Position numbers and translations under genes: made by a program
Shown: one piece after another, positions 8,775 through 17,705 of the stretch
Layout: every line of letters starts with the position of its first letter
Numbering within the stretch: position 1 is the stretch's first letter
Notes under the pieces: model-generated
The model's input: only the letters and a program-made list of their open reading frames with translations
Told to the model about the DNA's origin: nothing
Databases searched by the model: none
Source of the DNA: a bacterium
GTDB taxonomy: Bacteria; Hinthialibacterota; Hinthialibacteria; Hinthialibacterales; Hinthialibacteraceae
Assembly: GCA_041946805.1 (NCBI GenBank)
Contig: JBHGBC010000063.1
Coordinates: 1 to 29,593 of the forward strand
Reading direction: 5' to 3'
DNA length: 29,593 bases

Positions 8775-8808
8775 ATTCTTGAACATTCCCGAGGATCTTG
8801 TCAATCAA
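8775..8808 (-). promoter_or_regulatory. Putative promoter of 7014-8513
   Basis: Minus strand: TTGA-TTGACA-N18-AAGAAT. Confidence 0.4.
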
Positions 8809-9182
8809 TCCAATCCGGATTTGGAAAATAAACCGCTTGTGCGGATGAGGACGTTGCTGCCCCTCGTCGGGGGGCGGTATGGATTTCAGGACTGGAAGCC
8901 GGTTTCGGGACAGTGACCGCGGGGAGGGGCTTGGGACTTTTCCCCGGGCCAGCGTGGTCCAGCGGCCTGTTTTTTGGATTGATATTCCGCTTAAATTGTG
9001 CCATATTTTGGGTAGAATTTGGCTAAACCAAAATTTTACTAAATTGATCAAATTAGTGGTAATACTGTTTTATGTACTCTCGGGATGGAAAAATAATTTC
9101 TTTTTCATCGACTTTTGACGATGATATGAAAAGACGCCCACAGGCAACGGAGGCCGCGCCTTTCCGAGGTTGATCTGTCAAC

Positions 9183-10289
9183 ATGTCGACGAAACCCGCC
9201 TTGCTGATCGACAGTCAATTGGAACCGGTTTTGAAAACGGCTGCCCTGTGCCAAGTGTCGTTCAAGGATTTGACGGGCTCCAACTCGCCATGGAATTTGA
9301 ACCACAAAACCTGGCAAGAAATCCGTACCGCCCTCGCGCGGTTTGAACATTTGATCCGGACCAACAATCCTCGGGAAGAGGTTACCTGTGTCATATCCGG
9401 CCAGGGCGTATCCTGGTTGCCGGAAGCGGGCATGGAGGTCTATTACCGGAAATTCGAAACTTTACAGGCGGCCCGGAACAAGGAAGAGCCGTATCCCTTA
9501 TGGAAAATGACCACGGCGGAATTGTTCAACCAGCATGCCGATACGTTGCGCAAACTGGTGATGTCGGTGGCGCACGACCTGGTGCTGATGGAGCAGATGC
9601 GGGGGCCGTTGGGCAGCCATCATTTGTTGTTGCACCGGGAGTTTGAACAGAGCGAGCGGGGCATCCGGCTGTTACTGAACGAAGGAAAAGATCACCACAA
9701 CAACATGGCCTTCGTATCCGCGCAGGAGATCGTGATCCTGGAGCGGGCGCGCATCACCCGGATCATGCTGGAAAACGGCCAGCTCCAGGAGGAAAAGATC
9801 GGGTATTCGCTGGGCGACCTGATCCGGGTGGGCGACTTGCTGCACCGGCGCTGCAAGCGGCTGTTTCCCATCTATACCAAGCGGCTGCAATCGGTCAACA
9901 ATCTCATGAAGAATTCCTTACGGGAGGGGGAATTCACCCAATTGCGGCGGGCCAGCCGTTGGGAACTGGCGTTTTCCCTGATCGGATCGCCGCCCGCGGG
10001 GTACCGGGGACAAGCCAAACTGGCCACCAAGGAACGGGAAGTGTTCTCCGAGGTGGTGGAATCGCGCGAGAAAGAGTTGGGGGAAACCGCCGCCGGGCAG
10101 GATGTGTTGGCCGCGGCGGAATTGTCCCGCCAGGCCATGCGGCGGGAGATCGATCCCCTCCAGGCCCTCAAACCGGGAAGCGCCGCGTCCCATGCCGTGG
10201 AAACCGCCGGTTTGCCCGAGGAATTGGCCAAAGGCACGGCGGACGTGCAGCACATGGCGTTTATCAACCGCCTGAAACGTCAGATGTGA
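9183..10289 (+). CDS. Hypothetical cytoplasmic, largely helical protein (368 aa)
   Basis: Long ORF with GAGG upstream and GC-rich third codon positions; no recognisable motif. Confidence 0.75.
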   Translation: MSTKPALLIDSQLEPVLKTAALCQVSFKDLTGSNSPWNLNHKTWQEIRTALARFEHLIRTNNPREEVTCVISGQGVSWLPEAGMEVYYRKFETLQAARNKEEPYPLWKMTTAELFNQHADTLRKLVMSVAHDLVLMEQMRGPLGSHHLLLHREFEQSERGIRLLLNEGKDHHNNMAFVSAQEIVILERARITRIMLENGQLQEEKIGYSLGDLIRVGDLLHRRCKRLFPIYTKRLQSVNNLMKNSLREGEFTQLRRASRWELAFSLIGSPPAGYRGQAKLATKEREVFSEVVESREKELGETAAGQDVLAAAELSRQAMRREIDPLQALKPGSAASHAVETAGLPEELAKGTADVQHMAFINRLKRQM

Positions 10290-11658
10290 CTTCAGGAGAG
10301 GCTGGTTTCTTTTCATTGCCGGATAAGAGAAAACTTCGTATTTCCCCCACCAGGTAGAGCGATCCCGCGACACAGATCACATCATTTTTGGTACCCAGTT
10401 GGACGGCCAGGTCCAGGGCTGCACGGGGTTCGGGCCGCGGGAGGCAGGCGGCGGCGATGTCCGGCAATCCATCCAACTCGTGGAGAATCTGACCGAGCGA
10501 AGCCGCCCGGGGGCTGGGCGCTTGCGTGATGATCAGGCGGTCCTGGGGCCGGACCAGGTGTTGAACCATTTCCCCGATGCGTTTGTCTTGCAGAAAACCC
10601 AGGACGAAAATTCGTTTCCGGGAAGGATAAAATTCATCCAGGGAACGGCGGAGCGAGGCGGCGCCGTTCGTCGTATGGGCGACATCCAGGACCAGCGGGG
10701 ATTTACCGGGACGGCGGAGGATCTCGAAGCGGCCGGGCCAGTACGCGTTCCGGAAGCCTTTGCGCAGGACTTGGGTGGAGATGGGGGGTATCACCCGATG
10801 CTGGACCAGGGTGTCCAACGCGGCCAGGGCGGTCAGGGTGTTTTCGATCTGGTACTGGCCGAATAAGGGGATCTGGACGATTCGCCGCCGGCCTGGGGGG
10901 GATTCCACCTCCAGGGTGCGGTAGCGCGCGCCGCGTTTTTCGGAACCCGCCCGGTATTGCCGCCCGGCATAGACCACGGGAGCGGAGTGGTTATGCAGGC
11001 GTTTCTCGAAATGAGCGTATAAATCCGCGTCCTGGGAGCCGATGACGGCGGGGACCGCCGGGCGGGTAATGCCCAACTTTTCATCCGCAATGGCCTCCAG
11101 GGTGTTGCCCAGTTGTTCGGTGTGTTCCAAGGAGATGTGTGTGATGACGGTCACCCGGGGACGCATGACATTGGTGGCGTCCAGCCGTCCGCCCAAGCCG
11201 GTTTCGATGACCATGAAATCGGCTTGTTTGTGTTGAAAATGGAGGAAGGCCATGGCGGTCATCAGTTCGAAGAAGGTGGCGTATCCCTCGGGCGGAGGTG
11301 TGTAACGGCGGGTGTTTTCCTGGAGATATGTGGTCCAGCGGGCGAAATCGGCTTCGCTGATCCAATCGCCGTCGATCCGGATCCGTTCGCGGATGTTCTG
11401 GAGATGGGGGGAGGTGTACAAGCCCACTTTATACCCCATCGCTTGCAGGACCGAAGCCAGCATCGCGCACACCGATCCCTTGCCATCGCTGCCGGCGACA
11501 TGAATGGCCGGGACGGCATGCTGGGGATCGCCCAGGAGGGCCAGAAATCCCCGGAAGCGTTCAAGGTTCAATGTCTTGTTGGAATAATGCCACGAGGCTT
11601 GGCGTTCATAGGAGACGAACGAGTAAAGATAGGCAAGGGATTCTTGAAAGGTCAGCAT
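10264..11658 (-). CDS. folC: Bifunctional folylpolyglutamate synthase/dihydrofolate synthase
   Basis: IHVAGSDGKGS, GLYTSPHL..IRERI, TFFELMTAMAF, ETGLGGRLDATN, WPGRFE, LDVAH and AGSLYLVGE motifs; start MLTFQES at 11658. Confidence 0.95.
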   Translation of the reverse strand: MLTFQESLAYLYSFVSYERQASWHYSNKTLNLERFRGFLALLGDPQHAVPAIHVAGSDGKGSVCAMLASVLQAMGYKVGLYTSPHLQNIRERIRIDGDWISEADFARWTTYLQENTRRYTPPPEGYATFFELMTAMAFLHFQHKQADFMVIETGLGGRLDATNVMRPRVTVITHISLEHTEQLGNTLEAIADEKLGITRPAVPAVIGSQDADLYAHFEKRLHNHSAPVVYAGRQYRAGSEKRGARYRTLEVESPPGRRRIVQIPLFGQYQIENTLTALAALDTLVQHRVIPPISTQVLRKGFRNAYWPGRFEILRRPGKSPLVLDVAHTTNGAASLRRSLDEFYPSRKRIFVLGFLQDKRIGEMVQHLVRPQDRLIITQAPSPRAASLGQILHELDGLPDIAAACLPRPEPRAALDLAVQLGTKNDVICVAGSLYLVGEIRSFLLSGNEKKPASPEVTSDVSGG

Positions 11659-11705
11659 GGAATTGAGAGTAGGATTCAACGGGCGGCGCGTTTCCCGGAA
11701 CCATC

Positions 11706-12740
11706 CTATATCAGCCGTTCTTCGCGGAGGAACGCGCGCAGTTCCTCCTTGGAGAGAGTGTTCACGCTGGTGACATAGCCGTCGAAGTTGTTCAATTTCC
11801 GCCACTGGGATTCCTCCACCCGGTGGGGAGGGACGATGACGGCCATTTCGTCGTCGATCATGAAGGTGCGTTCGATTTCGGGGGGGGCGACGAGGTCCTC
11901 GTCCAGTTTTTCCCCGGGAGCGGCGCCGGTGACGCGGATGGGAATATCCGCGGGAGCGCGCCCGTGGCGGGGGGCCAGTTCCTCGATCAGGATTTCCGCC
12001 AGGTCGCGGATGCAGACGGATTTCATGCGGAGGATGAAGATCTCGCCGCCGGTGGAGTACGCGGCGGCCTTGAGGACCAGGCGCACGGCGCTGGGGATGG
12101 ACATGAAGAAGCGCCGCATGTCCCGGTGGGTCAGGGTGAGGGATTCGCCCTGGCGGATTTGTTCGCGCCACAGGGGGATGACCGAGCCGCGGGAATCGAG
12201 GACGTTGCCGAAGCGGACGGAGCAGAGGATTTTGTGAGGCGTCCGGCGGTAGAAGGATGCCCAGGTGATGAGACGTTCGGCCAGGAGCTTGGTGGCGCCC
12301 ATGGTGGAGGTGACGTTGACGGCCTTGTCGGTGCTGATGGAGACGACCCGTTCCACGGAGGGGCTTTCCAGGGTGGCGGAAATGATGTTTTGCGTGCCCA
12401 GCACATTGGTTTTGACCGCCTCCAGGGGATCGTACTCGGTGGCTTCGATCCGTTTCAGGGCGGCCGCGTGGAAAACGAGATCGACTCCCTCGAAGGCCCG
12501 TTTCAGCCGCTCCAGGTCGCGGACATCGCCCAGGAGGTAGCGCAGGAACGGGAGATCGCGGAACTGGTAGCGCAGGAGGGACTGTTTGTATTCGTCGCGG
12601 CTGAGGATGCGGATCAATTTGGGCTGGAAGGGGATCAATTGGCGGACGATTTCGCTGCCGATGGTCCCGGTTCCTCCCGTGACCAGGACGATTTTGCCGG
12701 AGATCAGTGACTGAAGACGTTCCCGGATGGCGTTATCCAA
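11706..12740 (-). CDS. Nucleotide-sugar 4,6-dehydratase, CapD/PglF/PseB-like SDR (Polysacc_synt_2)
   Basis: LVTGGTGTIG, GDVRD, FHAAALK, KTNVLGT, ISTDKAV, MGATK, VRFGNVLDSRGSVIP and PGEKL motifs; TTG start overlaps the tatC stop. Confidence 0.9.
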   Translation of the reverse strand: MDNAIRERLQSLISGKIVLVTGGTGTIGSEIVRQLIPFQPKLIRILSRDEYKQSLLRYQFRDLPFLRYLLGDVRDLERLKRAFEGVDLVFHAAALKRIEATEYDPLEAVKTNVLGTQNIISATLESPSVERVVSISTDKAVNVTSTMGATKLLAERLITWASFYRRTPHKILCSVRFGNVLDSRGSVIPLWREQIRQGESLTLTHRDMRRFFMSIPSAVRLVLKAAAYSTGGEIFILRMKSVCIRDLAEILIEELAPRHGRAPADIPIRVTGAAPGEKLDEDLVAPPEIERTFMIDDEMAVIVPPHRVEESQWRKLNNFDGYVTSVNTLSKEELRAFLREERLI

Positions 12741-13683
12741 TGGCTTCCCGCTTTCGTTCGATCATGCGCACGATATAGATGGACAATTCGTAGAGCAAGC
12801 ACAAGGGGATGGAGCACATCGTCTGACTGATGGGATCCGGCGGCGTGATGATCGCGCCGATGGTGAACATGAGCACGATGGCGTAAGGCCGGAAGTGGCG
12901 GAGGGCATCGCTGGTGACCAAGCCGATGCGGGCCAGGAGGGTGATGATCACCGGTTCCTGGAAGATGATGCAGAAGGCCAGCAAAAAATGAGTGGTGAAG
13001 GTCAGGTATTCCTTCAAGCTCCACATGTTGACCACGCCCTCGGGGGTCATGGTGGCGAAGAACGTCAGGGCGAAACCGTAAATGATGAAATAGGCGAACA
13101 AACCCCCGCCGACGAAGCAGACCCAGGCGGACAGCACCAGGGGCAGAACCGCCCGCCGTTCCCGCTTGTACAAGCCGGGGGCGATGAACATCCAGGCTTC
13201 GTAAAACATGAAGGGGAACGCGAGGAAAAGCCCCGCGATGAGAGACACCTTGAGTTGAGCGATCAGGCTTTCAATGGGGTGAGTGGCCATGACCCGGGCG
13301 CCTCCCCGGGTTTTGGGGATGTTGAAGGCCGGCGAGGCGGATTGGATGATGTTTTGGACCACCTCGGTGGCCGATTGGGGGGAATTGCGCATGGCTTCGA
13401 GCTGTTCGGCCATGATCGTCACGTTGGAGAGTTGCTGGGCGATGGACAGTTCCTGATATTCCTGGGGGATGGGTTTCAGGAGGATCTTGATCAGTTCATT
13501 GGAGAACATGAAGCAGATGGCGGTGGCGATGGAGAAGGCCGCCAGGGCGCGGATCAAACGTTCCCGGAGTTCTTCCAGATGCTCCAGGAAGCTCATGGTA
13601 CCGCCCAGTTCTTCTTCCCCGTCCGAATCGGCAGTTCCGGTGGCGCCGTTCGGATTTAATTTGTCTTTCGGATCATTCACCAT
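12733..13683 (-). CDS. tatC: Twin-arginine translocase subunit TatC
   Basis: MSFLEHLEELRERL, WMFIAPGLYKRERR, FQEP and AIITPPDPISQ...LLYELSI motifs. Confidence 0.96.
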   Translation of the reverse strand: MVNDPKDKLNPNGATGTADSDGEEELGGTMSFLEHLEELRERLIRALAAFSIATAICFMFSNELIKILLKPIPQEYQELSIAQQLSNVTIMAEQLEAMRNSPQSATEVVQNIIQSASPAFNIPKTRGGARVMATHPIESLIAQLKVSLIAGLFLAFPFMFYEAWMFIAPGLYKRERRAVLPLVLSAWVCFVGGGLFAYFIIYGFALTFFATMTPEGVVNMWSLKEYLTFTTHFLLAFCIIFQEPVIITLLARIGLVTSDALRHFRPYAIVLMFTIGAIITPPDPISQTMCSIPLCLLYELSIYIVRMIERKREAIG

Positions 13684-13783
13684 ATCGAGCCGGGTCCATT
13701 TTCAGAGTTAGTGAAATAATACCTTATCGAGGTGACAGTCAAGATACGTGGAAAGGGATGGGCGGGAGGGGCGGAGGGACGCA

Positions 13784-14269
13784 TCAATCCGCAAGTTCCC
13801 GCGCGAAGCGGTGTGCGTCGCCGGTTTTGGCCGGATCCTCGGCGGCGGCCGGCGGGGCGGTGGACACCGGGTGGGCTTCCACGGATTCGGCCGGCGAAGC
13901 GGCCAGCGATTCGCCGGAGGCATAGCCGCCGGGGGCGGCGGATTCCGTCGCTGCCGCGGCCGGGGTGACGGAATCCGAACCAGATGATGAAGTGGAGGAA
14001 CTGGTGGAAGACGAGGCCGGGGAGGAGTTGTATCCATACCCATCATAGGACGAGGAGTAGGACTTCTTCTTTTTGTCCTCCAGATCGATGTCCCAGTTTT
14101 GCATCTCCAGTTGCTTCTGCAGTTCGTTGCTGGCTTCCCGGAGCATTTTCATGGCCTTGGCGACATACCGGGCCAGTTCGGGCAAGCGTTGCGGGCCGAA
14201 AACGATCAGGGTCACCGCCAGGATGACCAGGATTTCCACAGGTCCGATACCCAATGTGCTCATGGACAT
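13784..14269 (-). CDS. tatA: TatA/TatB-family translocase subunit with Ser/Ala-rich tail
   Basis: GIGPVEILVILAVTLIVFGPQRLPELAR followed by an amphipathic helix; directly upstream of tatC. TatA versus TatB is ambiguous. Confidence 0.85.
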   Translation of the reverse strand: MSMSTLGIGPVEILVILAVTLIVFGPQRLPELARYVAKAMKMLREASNELQKQLEMQNWDIDLEDKKKKSYSSSYDGYGYNSSPASSSTSSSTSSSGSDSVTPAAAATESAAPGGYASGESLAASPAESVEAHPVSTAPPAAAEDPAKTGDAHRFARELAD

Positions 14270-14389
14270 ACGTTCTCATTTCTCTGCGGCCCGGAAGCCG
14301 CGGATTCTGCGTGATCCATTTGGGGCCGAGACAGGAATCCCGCCGTTCGGGGGTGAGCCAGTCCAGGGAGGACTGGTTCTCCGGGATGT

Positions 14390-14418
14390 ATTCTAACCAT
14401 TCGTCCAAGCGGTGTCGA
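14390..14418 (-). promoter_or_regulatory. Sigma70-type promoter of the tat operon
   Basis: TCGACA-N17-TAGAAT on the minus strand. Confidence 0.55.
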
Positions 14419-14486
14419 GACGATGAGGAGAGGGGATTTGTCTGAGCCGGAATTGCGGGATGGTTCCTTTCCGCGGTATTGTCCGG

Positions 14487-14534
14487 GAGTGATGAAGAAG
14501 GGGCACATTGCGATGTGCCCCTTCTTCGCCACTC
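14487..14534. repeat. Long REP-like palindrome
   Basis: GAAGAAGGGGCACAT-TGCG-ATGTGCCCCTTCTTC perfect 15-bp stem, extendable by GAGTG/CACTC. Confidence 0.75.
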
Positions 14535-14603
14535 GGCGGAATCCATCTTATCCAGACCATCCTGATTCGGACAGAAATCACCCACAATCGTTCATCCGTG
14601 GGT

Positions 14604-14804
14604 TCACCCTGCCTTTTTCGCTTTCCCGGCCCGTTCGTCGAACCGGCTGGCGATGACGTCCCGCACCCGGTCCGACAACTCGCCAGGAACCAGAGCTTCC
14701 AGGCGCTGGCGGAACCGGAGGTCGGCTTCGCGGTAATCCGCCCGGATATTGAACGGCGTCCGCTCCGACCGCGGCAGACTGTCAGGATCGCGATAGCTGG
14801 ACAT
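14604..14804 (-). CDS. Small hypothetical protein (66 aa)
   Basis: ATG 14804 preceded by AAAGGGAG; charged helical sequence MSSYRDPDSLPRSER... Confidence 0.5.
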   Translation of the reverse strand: MSSYRDPDSLPRSERTPFNIRADYREADLRFRQRLEALVPGELSDRVRDVIASRFDERAGKAKKAG

Positions 14805-15033
14805 GAATCTCCCTTTCCCTCGTTTCAATATCGGCCGTTCAACCGGGGGCTTAATACTCCGGAAGGGCGGGGACTGGATGTTTTTCCAGGTCTTCCGGAT
14901 TCATTTCTGAATATATTTCCTAGAAAATTGTAGTGAAACGGCGCATGAAACGGTTCCCTGCGCCATGGTTTGATTCCAGGCAACTATTATGTACTCGATA
15001 GCAACGAAAGGATGAATTCCGCCCTTTCCGGGC

Positions 15034-15070
15034 TTCCCTCACCCTAGCCCTCTCCCAGAGGGAGAGGGAA
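15034..15070 (+). repeat. BoxC-like intergenic repeat, copy 1
   Basis: TTCCCTCACCCTAGCCCTCTCCCAGAGGGAGAGGGAA; similar copies at 17672 and 20625. Confidence 0.8.
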
Positions 15071-15172
15071 TCGTTGAGCGTTCCCATCCATCCTCATATC
15101 ATGAGTAAAGCACTGAGAGAGTACTGCATTCAAGTAAATGATTTCGTTTCCAGGAGCGATCCAACCGGAGGT

Positions 15173-17263
15173 TTACTCCTCGGCGCCCACTTCCATCTTG
15201 CTTTCGGCGACGATCTTTTCCGCCAGTTCGTGCGGCACCTGTTCGTAATGCGAGAATACCATTTCATAACTTCCTCGCCCCTGGGTGATCGAGCGCAGAT
15301 CGATGGCGTAAGTATACATCTCCGCCAACGGGACCAGGGCCTTGATGATTTGTTTGCCGTTTTGGGGATCCATTCCCAGCACCCGGCCGCGGCGCGAGTT
15401 CAGATCGCCCATCACGTCGCCCATGTACGTTTCGGGAATCGTGACGCTGATGTTCATGATCGGCTCGAGCAGCGCCGGTTTGCACTGCTCCCGCGCCACC
15501 TGCTGGAAACACATGGAGCCGGCGATTTTGAAGGCCATTTCCGACGAATCCACGTCATGGAACTTGCCGTCGAACAAATCCACCAGCACGTCCACCACCG
15601 GGTAACCCGCCACGATCCCCCGCTGCATGGCGTCCACCACGCCCTTTTCGACCGCGGGGATGAATTTGCCGGGAATCGCCCCGCCGAAAATGCTGTTGAC
15701 GAACTCGAACTGCTTGCCCCGCTCCAGCGGCTTCAGGCGCATGTGCACTTCACCGAACTGCCCGCGCCCGCCGGTCTGCTTCTTGTGCCGGTAGGATCCT
15801 TCCCCCGCGGCGGTGATGGTCTCGCGGTACGCCACCCGCGGTGTGCTCAGATCCACGTTGAAGTTGTACTGTTTCCGTAACTTTTGCGCCAGAATTTCGA
15901 TTTGCAGGCTGCCCGCCGCCGAAATCACCGTCTCCCGCGTCTCGTTGCGGCGCTCCACGAGGATCGTCGGATCGCCGGAAATCAACTTCGGCAGCACGGT
16001 TCCGATCTTGTCTTCCTCCTTCTTGTCCGGCGTCTTGATCGCCATGTGAATGGGGGGCTGGGGGTATTTGGTCGGCACCACGACGGCGGTCAGGTTCTCC
16101 GTGGCCAGCGTGTCGTTGGTTTCGAAATCGTCGATTTTGGCCACCGCCACGATATCGCCCGCCACCGCCCGGTTGACCGTGATGTGTTTCTTGCCGTTGA
16201 GTGACAAAATGTGCCCCACGCGCCGCCAATTGTTTTTGGTCAGGTTGACCCATTCGGTTTCGCCCGCGAGGCTCCCGCTGAACACCCGCACGAACGACAC
16301 CTTGCCGATGAAGGGGTCCACCAGGCTCTTGAACACGAATCCGATCCCCGGGCCGTCCTCTTTCATCGGCCGCTCGCTGACCTCGTCCTTCCCTTTTTCC
16401 CGCACCGGGAAGGTCTTGCGCGCCAGGGGATCCGGCATGTAATTGATCAGGCCGTCCAGCAGCGATTGGATGCCCACGCAATTGTAGGCGTCGGTGGCGA
16501 AGATGGGCACGATCGCGCCCGACAACGCCCCGTCGCGCAGTCCCCCGCGGATATCGTCGTCCGGGATCTTTTCGTCCGAGAGGTACCGTTCCATCAATGC
16601 CTCGTTGGTCACCACCGAGGCCTCGATCATCTTTTGCCGGTACTCCGCCACTTCGTCTTCGAGATCGGCGGGAATCGGCTCCTTCTTGGTGATCTTGCCT
16701 TTCTCGTCAAAAGACAAGACCTGGTTGGTGATCAAGTCGATCACGCCCTTGAACGCGCTCTCTTGCCCGTACGGCAGCCGCACGGGGCAAACCTGCGCCT
16801 TCAAAACGGTTTCCAGCGACGACACCGCCTTCCCGAAGTCGGCGCGTTCCTTGTCCAGCCGGTTGACCACGACACAGCGGGGCAATTTATATTCTTCGAT
16901 GTATTCCCAGATTTTCTCGGTTTCGACCTCGACGCCCGACTGCCCGTTGATGACCAGCAGCACGCCGTCCACGGCCCGCAGCGCCCCCTTGATGTCACCC
17001 ACGAAATCCGAGTACCCCGGCGTGTCGAGCAGATTGATCACGTGGTCGTTGTAACGGCACTGCAGGATCTTCGAGTAGATGGTGTGCTTACGATCTTTTT
17101 CCTCATCGAAATAATCGCCGGTGGTGTTCCCGTCACTGATCCGCCCCAGCCGGTCCGTCCCCCCGGTGAAATACAAAAGGGCTTCGATCAGCGACGTTTT
17201 TCCCGATCCGTGATGCCCCACGACAGCGATATTTCGTTTTTTGCCAACCTCGGCTTCTTTCAT
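15173..17263 (-). CDS. fusA: Elongation factor G, EF-G2-type paralog
   Basis: GHHGSGKTSL, DTPGYSDF, NRLD, PRVAYRETI, HKKQTGGRGQFG, FHDVDSSEMAFK, LLEPIM and DLRSITQGRG motifs; not in an rpsL-rpsG-tuf context. Confidence 0.93.
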   Translation of the reverse strand: MKEAEVGKKRNIAVVGHHGSGKTSLIEALLYFTGGTDRLGRISDGNTTGDYFDEEKDRKHTIYSKILQCRYNDHVINLLDTPGYSDFVGDIKGALRAVDGVLLVINGQSGVEVETEKIWEYIEEYKLPRCVVVNRLDKERADFGKAVSSLETVLKAQVCPVRLPYGQESAFKGVIDLITNQVLSFDEKGKITKKEPIPADLEDEVAEYRQKMIEASVVTNEALMERYLSDEKIPDDDIRGGLRDGALSGAIVPIFATDAYNCVGIQSLLDGLINYMPDPLARKTFPVREKGKDEVSERPMKEDGPGIGFVFKSLVDPFIGKVSFVRVFSGSLAGETEWVNLTKNNWRRVGHILSLNGKKHITVNRAVAGDIVAVAKIDDFETNDTLATENLTAVVVPTKYPQPPIHMAIKTPDKKEEDKIGTVLPKLISGDPTILVERRNETRETVISAAGSLQIEILAQKLRKQYNFNVDLSTPRVAYRETITAAGEGSYRHKKQTGGRGQFGEVHMRLKPLERGKQFEFVNSIFGGAIPGKFIPAVEKGVVDAMQRGIVAGYPVVDVLVDLFDGKFHDVDSSEMAFKIAGSMCFQQVAREQCKPALLEPIMNISVTIPETYMGDVMGDLNSRRGRVLGMDPQNGKQIIKALVPLAEMYTYAIDLRSITQGRGSYEMVFSHYEQVPHELAEKIVAESKMEVGAEE

Positions 17264-17350
17264 GGAAATGACTCCTTCTGAGCATGGAAAAGATCGATAG
17301 TGGTCATATTCAAAAAAGGATTTTCCTTTTGATGGATTTATAGGTGAGTT

Positions 17351-17379
17351 AGGCTATCAGTACACCATATAATGGACAA
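17351..17379 (-). promoter_or_regulatory. Putative promoter of the fusA paralog
   Basis: TTGTCC-N17-TAGCCT with an extended -10 TG. Confidence 0.4.
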
Positions 17380-17523
17380 GGGATGGAATCGGGTTCCCAT
17401 CGGCTTGTCCCCCGGGACTGCCAATTCATCCGATTGGAGCGCAGACATCATCCCCGCGAGAGGGGGGATTCAGGTTTTTCTCAAGGTGGAAATCCTGGAT
17501 CTCTGGAAAGACTGTCCTATCTT

Positions 17524-17557
17524 GGAGTAGGGGCGCGTTGCAAAGCGCTCCTGCTCC
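17524..17557 (+). repeat. GTAG-type REP-like palindrome
   Basis: GGA-GTAGGGGCGC-GTTGCAAA-GCGCTCCTGC-TCC imperfect hairpin starting with GTAG. Confidence 0.6.
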
Positions 17558-17638
17558 TTTCCCACCGACACAACATTTCGGGTTCATCCGAGAAATGCGT
17601 ACATTAGGAGGACAAATCGATTCCATTCACTCCAGGAT

Positions 17639-17666
17639 GAGGGCGGACACCAAGGTCCGCCCCTCC
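17639..17666 (-). repeat. REP-like palindrome inside the MITE-like element
   Basis: GGGCGGAC-ACCAAG-GTCCGCCC hairpin; homolog at 29570-29593. Confidence 0.65.
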
Positions 17667-17671
17667 AAAAA

Positions 17672-17705
17672 TTCCCTCACCTAGCCCTCTCCCAAGGGGA
17701 GAGGG
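17672..17705 (+). repeat. BoxC-like repeat, copy 2
   Basis: TTCCCTCACCTAGCCCTCTCCCAAGGGGAGAGGG. Confidence 0.75.

Noticed and set aside
11659..12171. Long N-terminal extension of FolC
   Set aside because: Arg/Pro-rich alternative frame overlapping the dehydratase gene.
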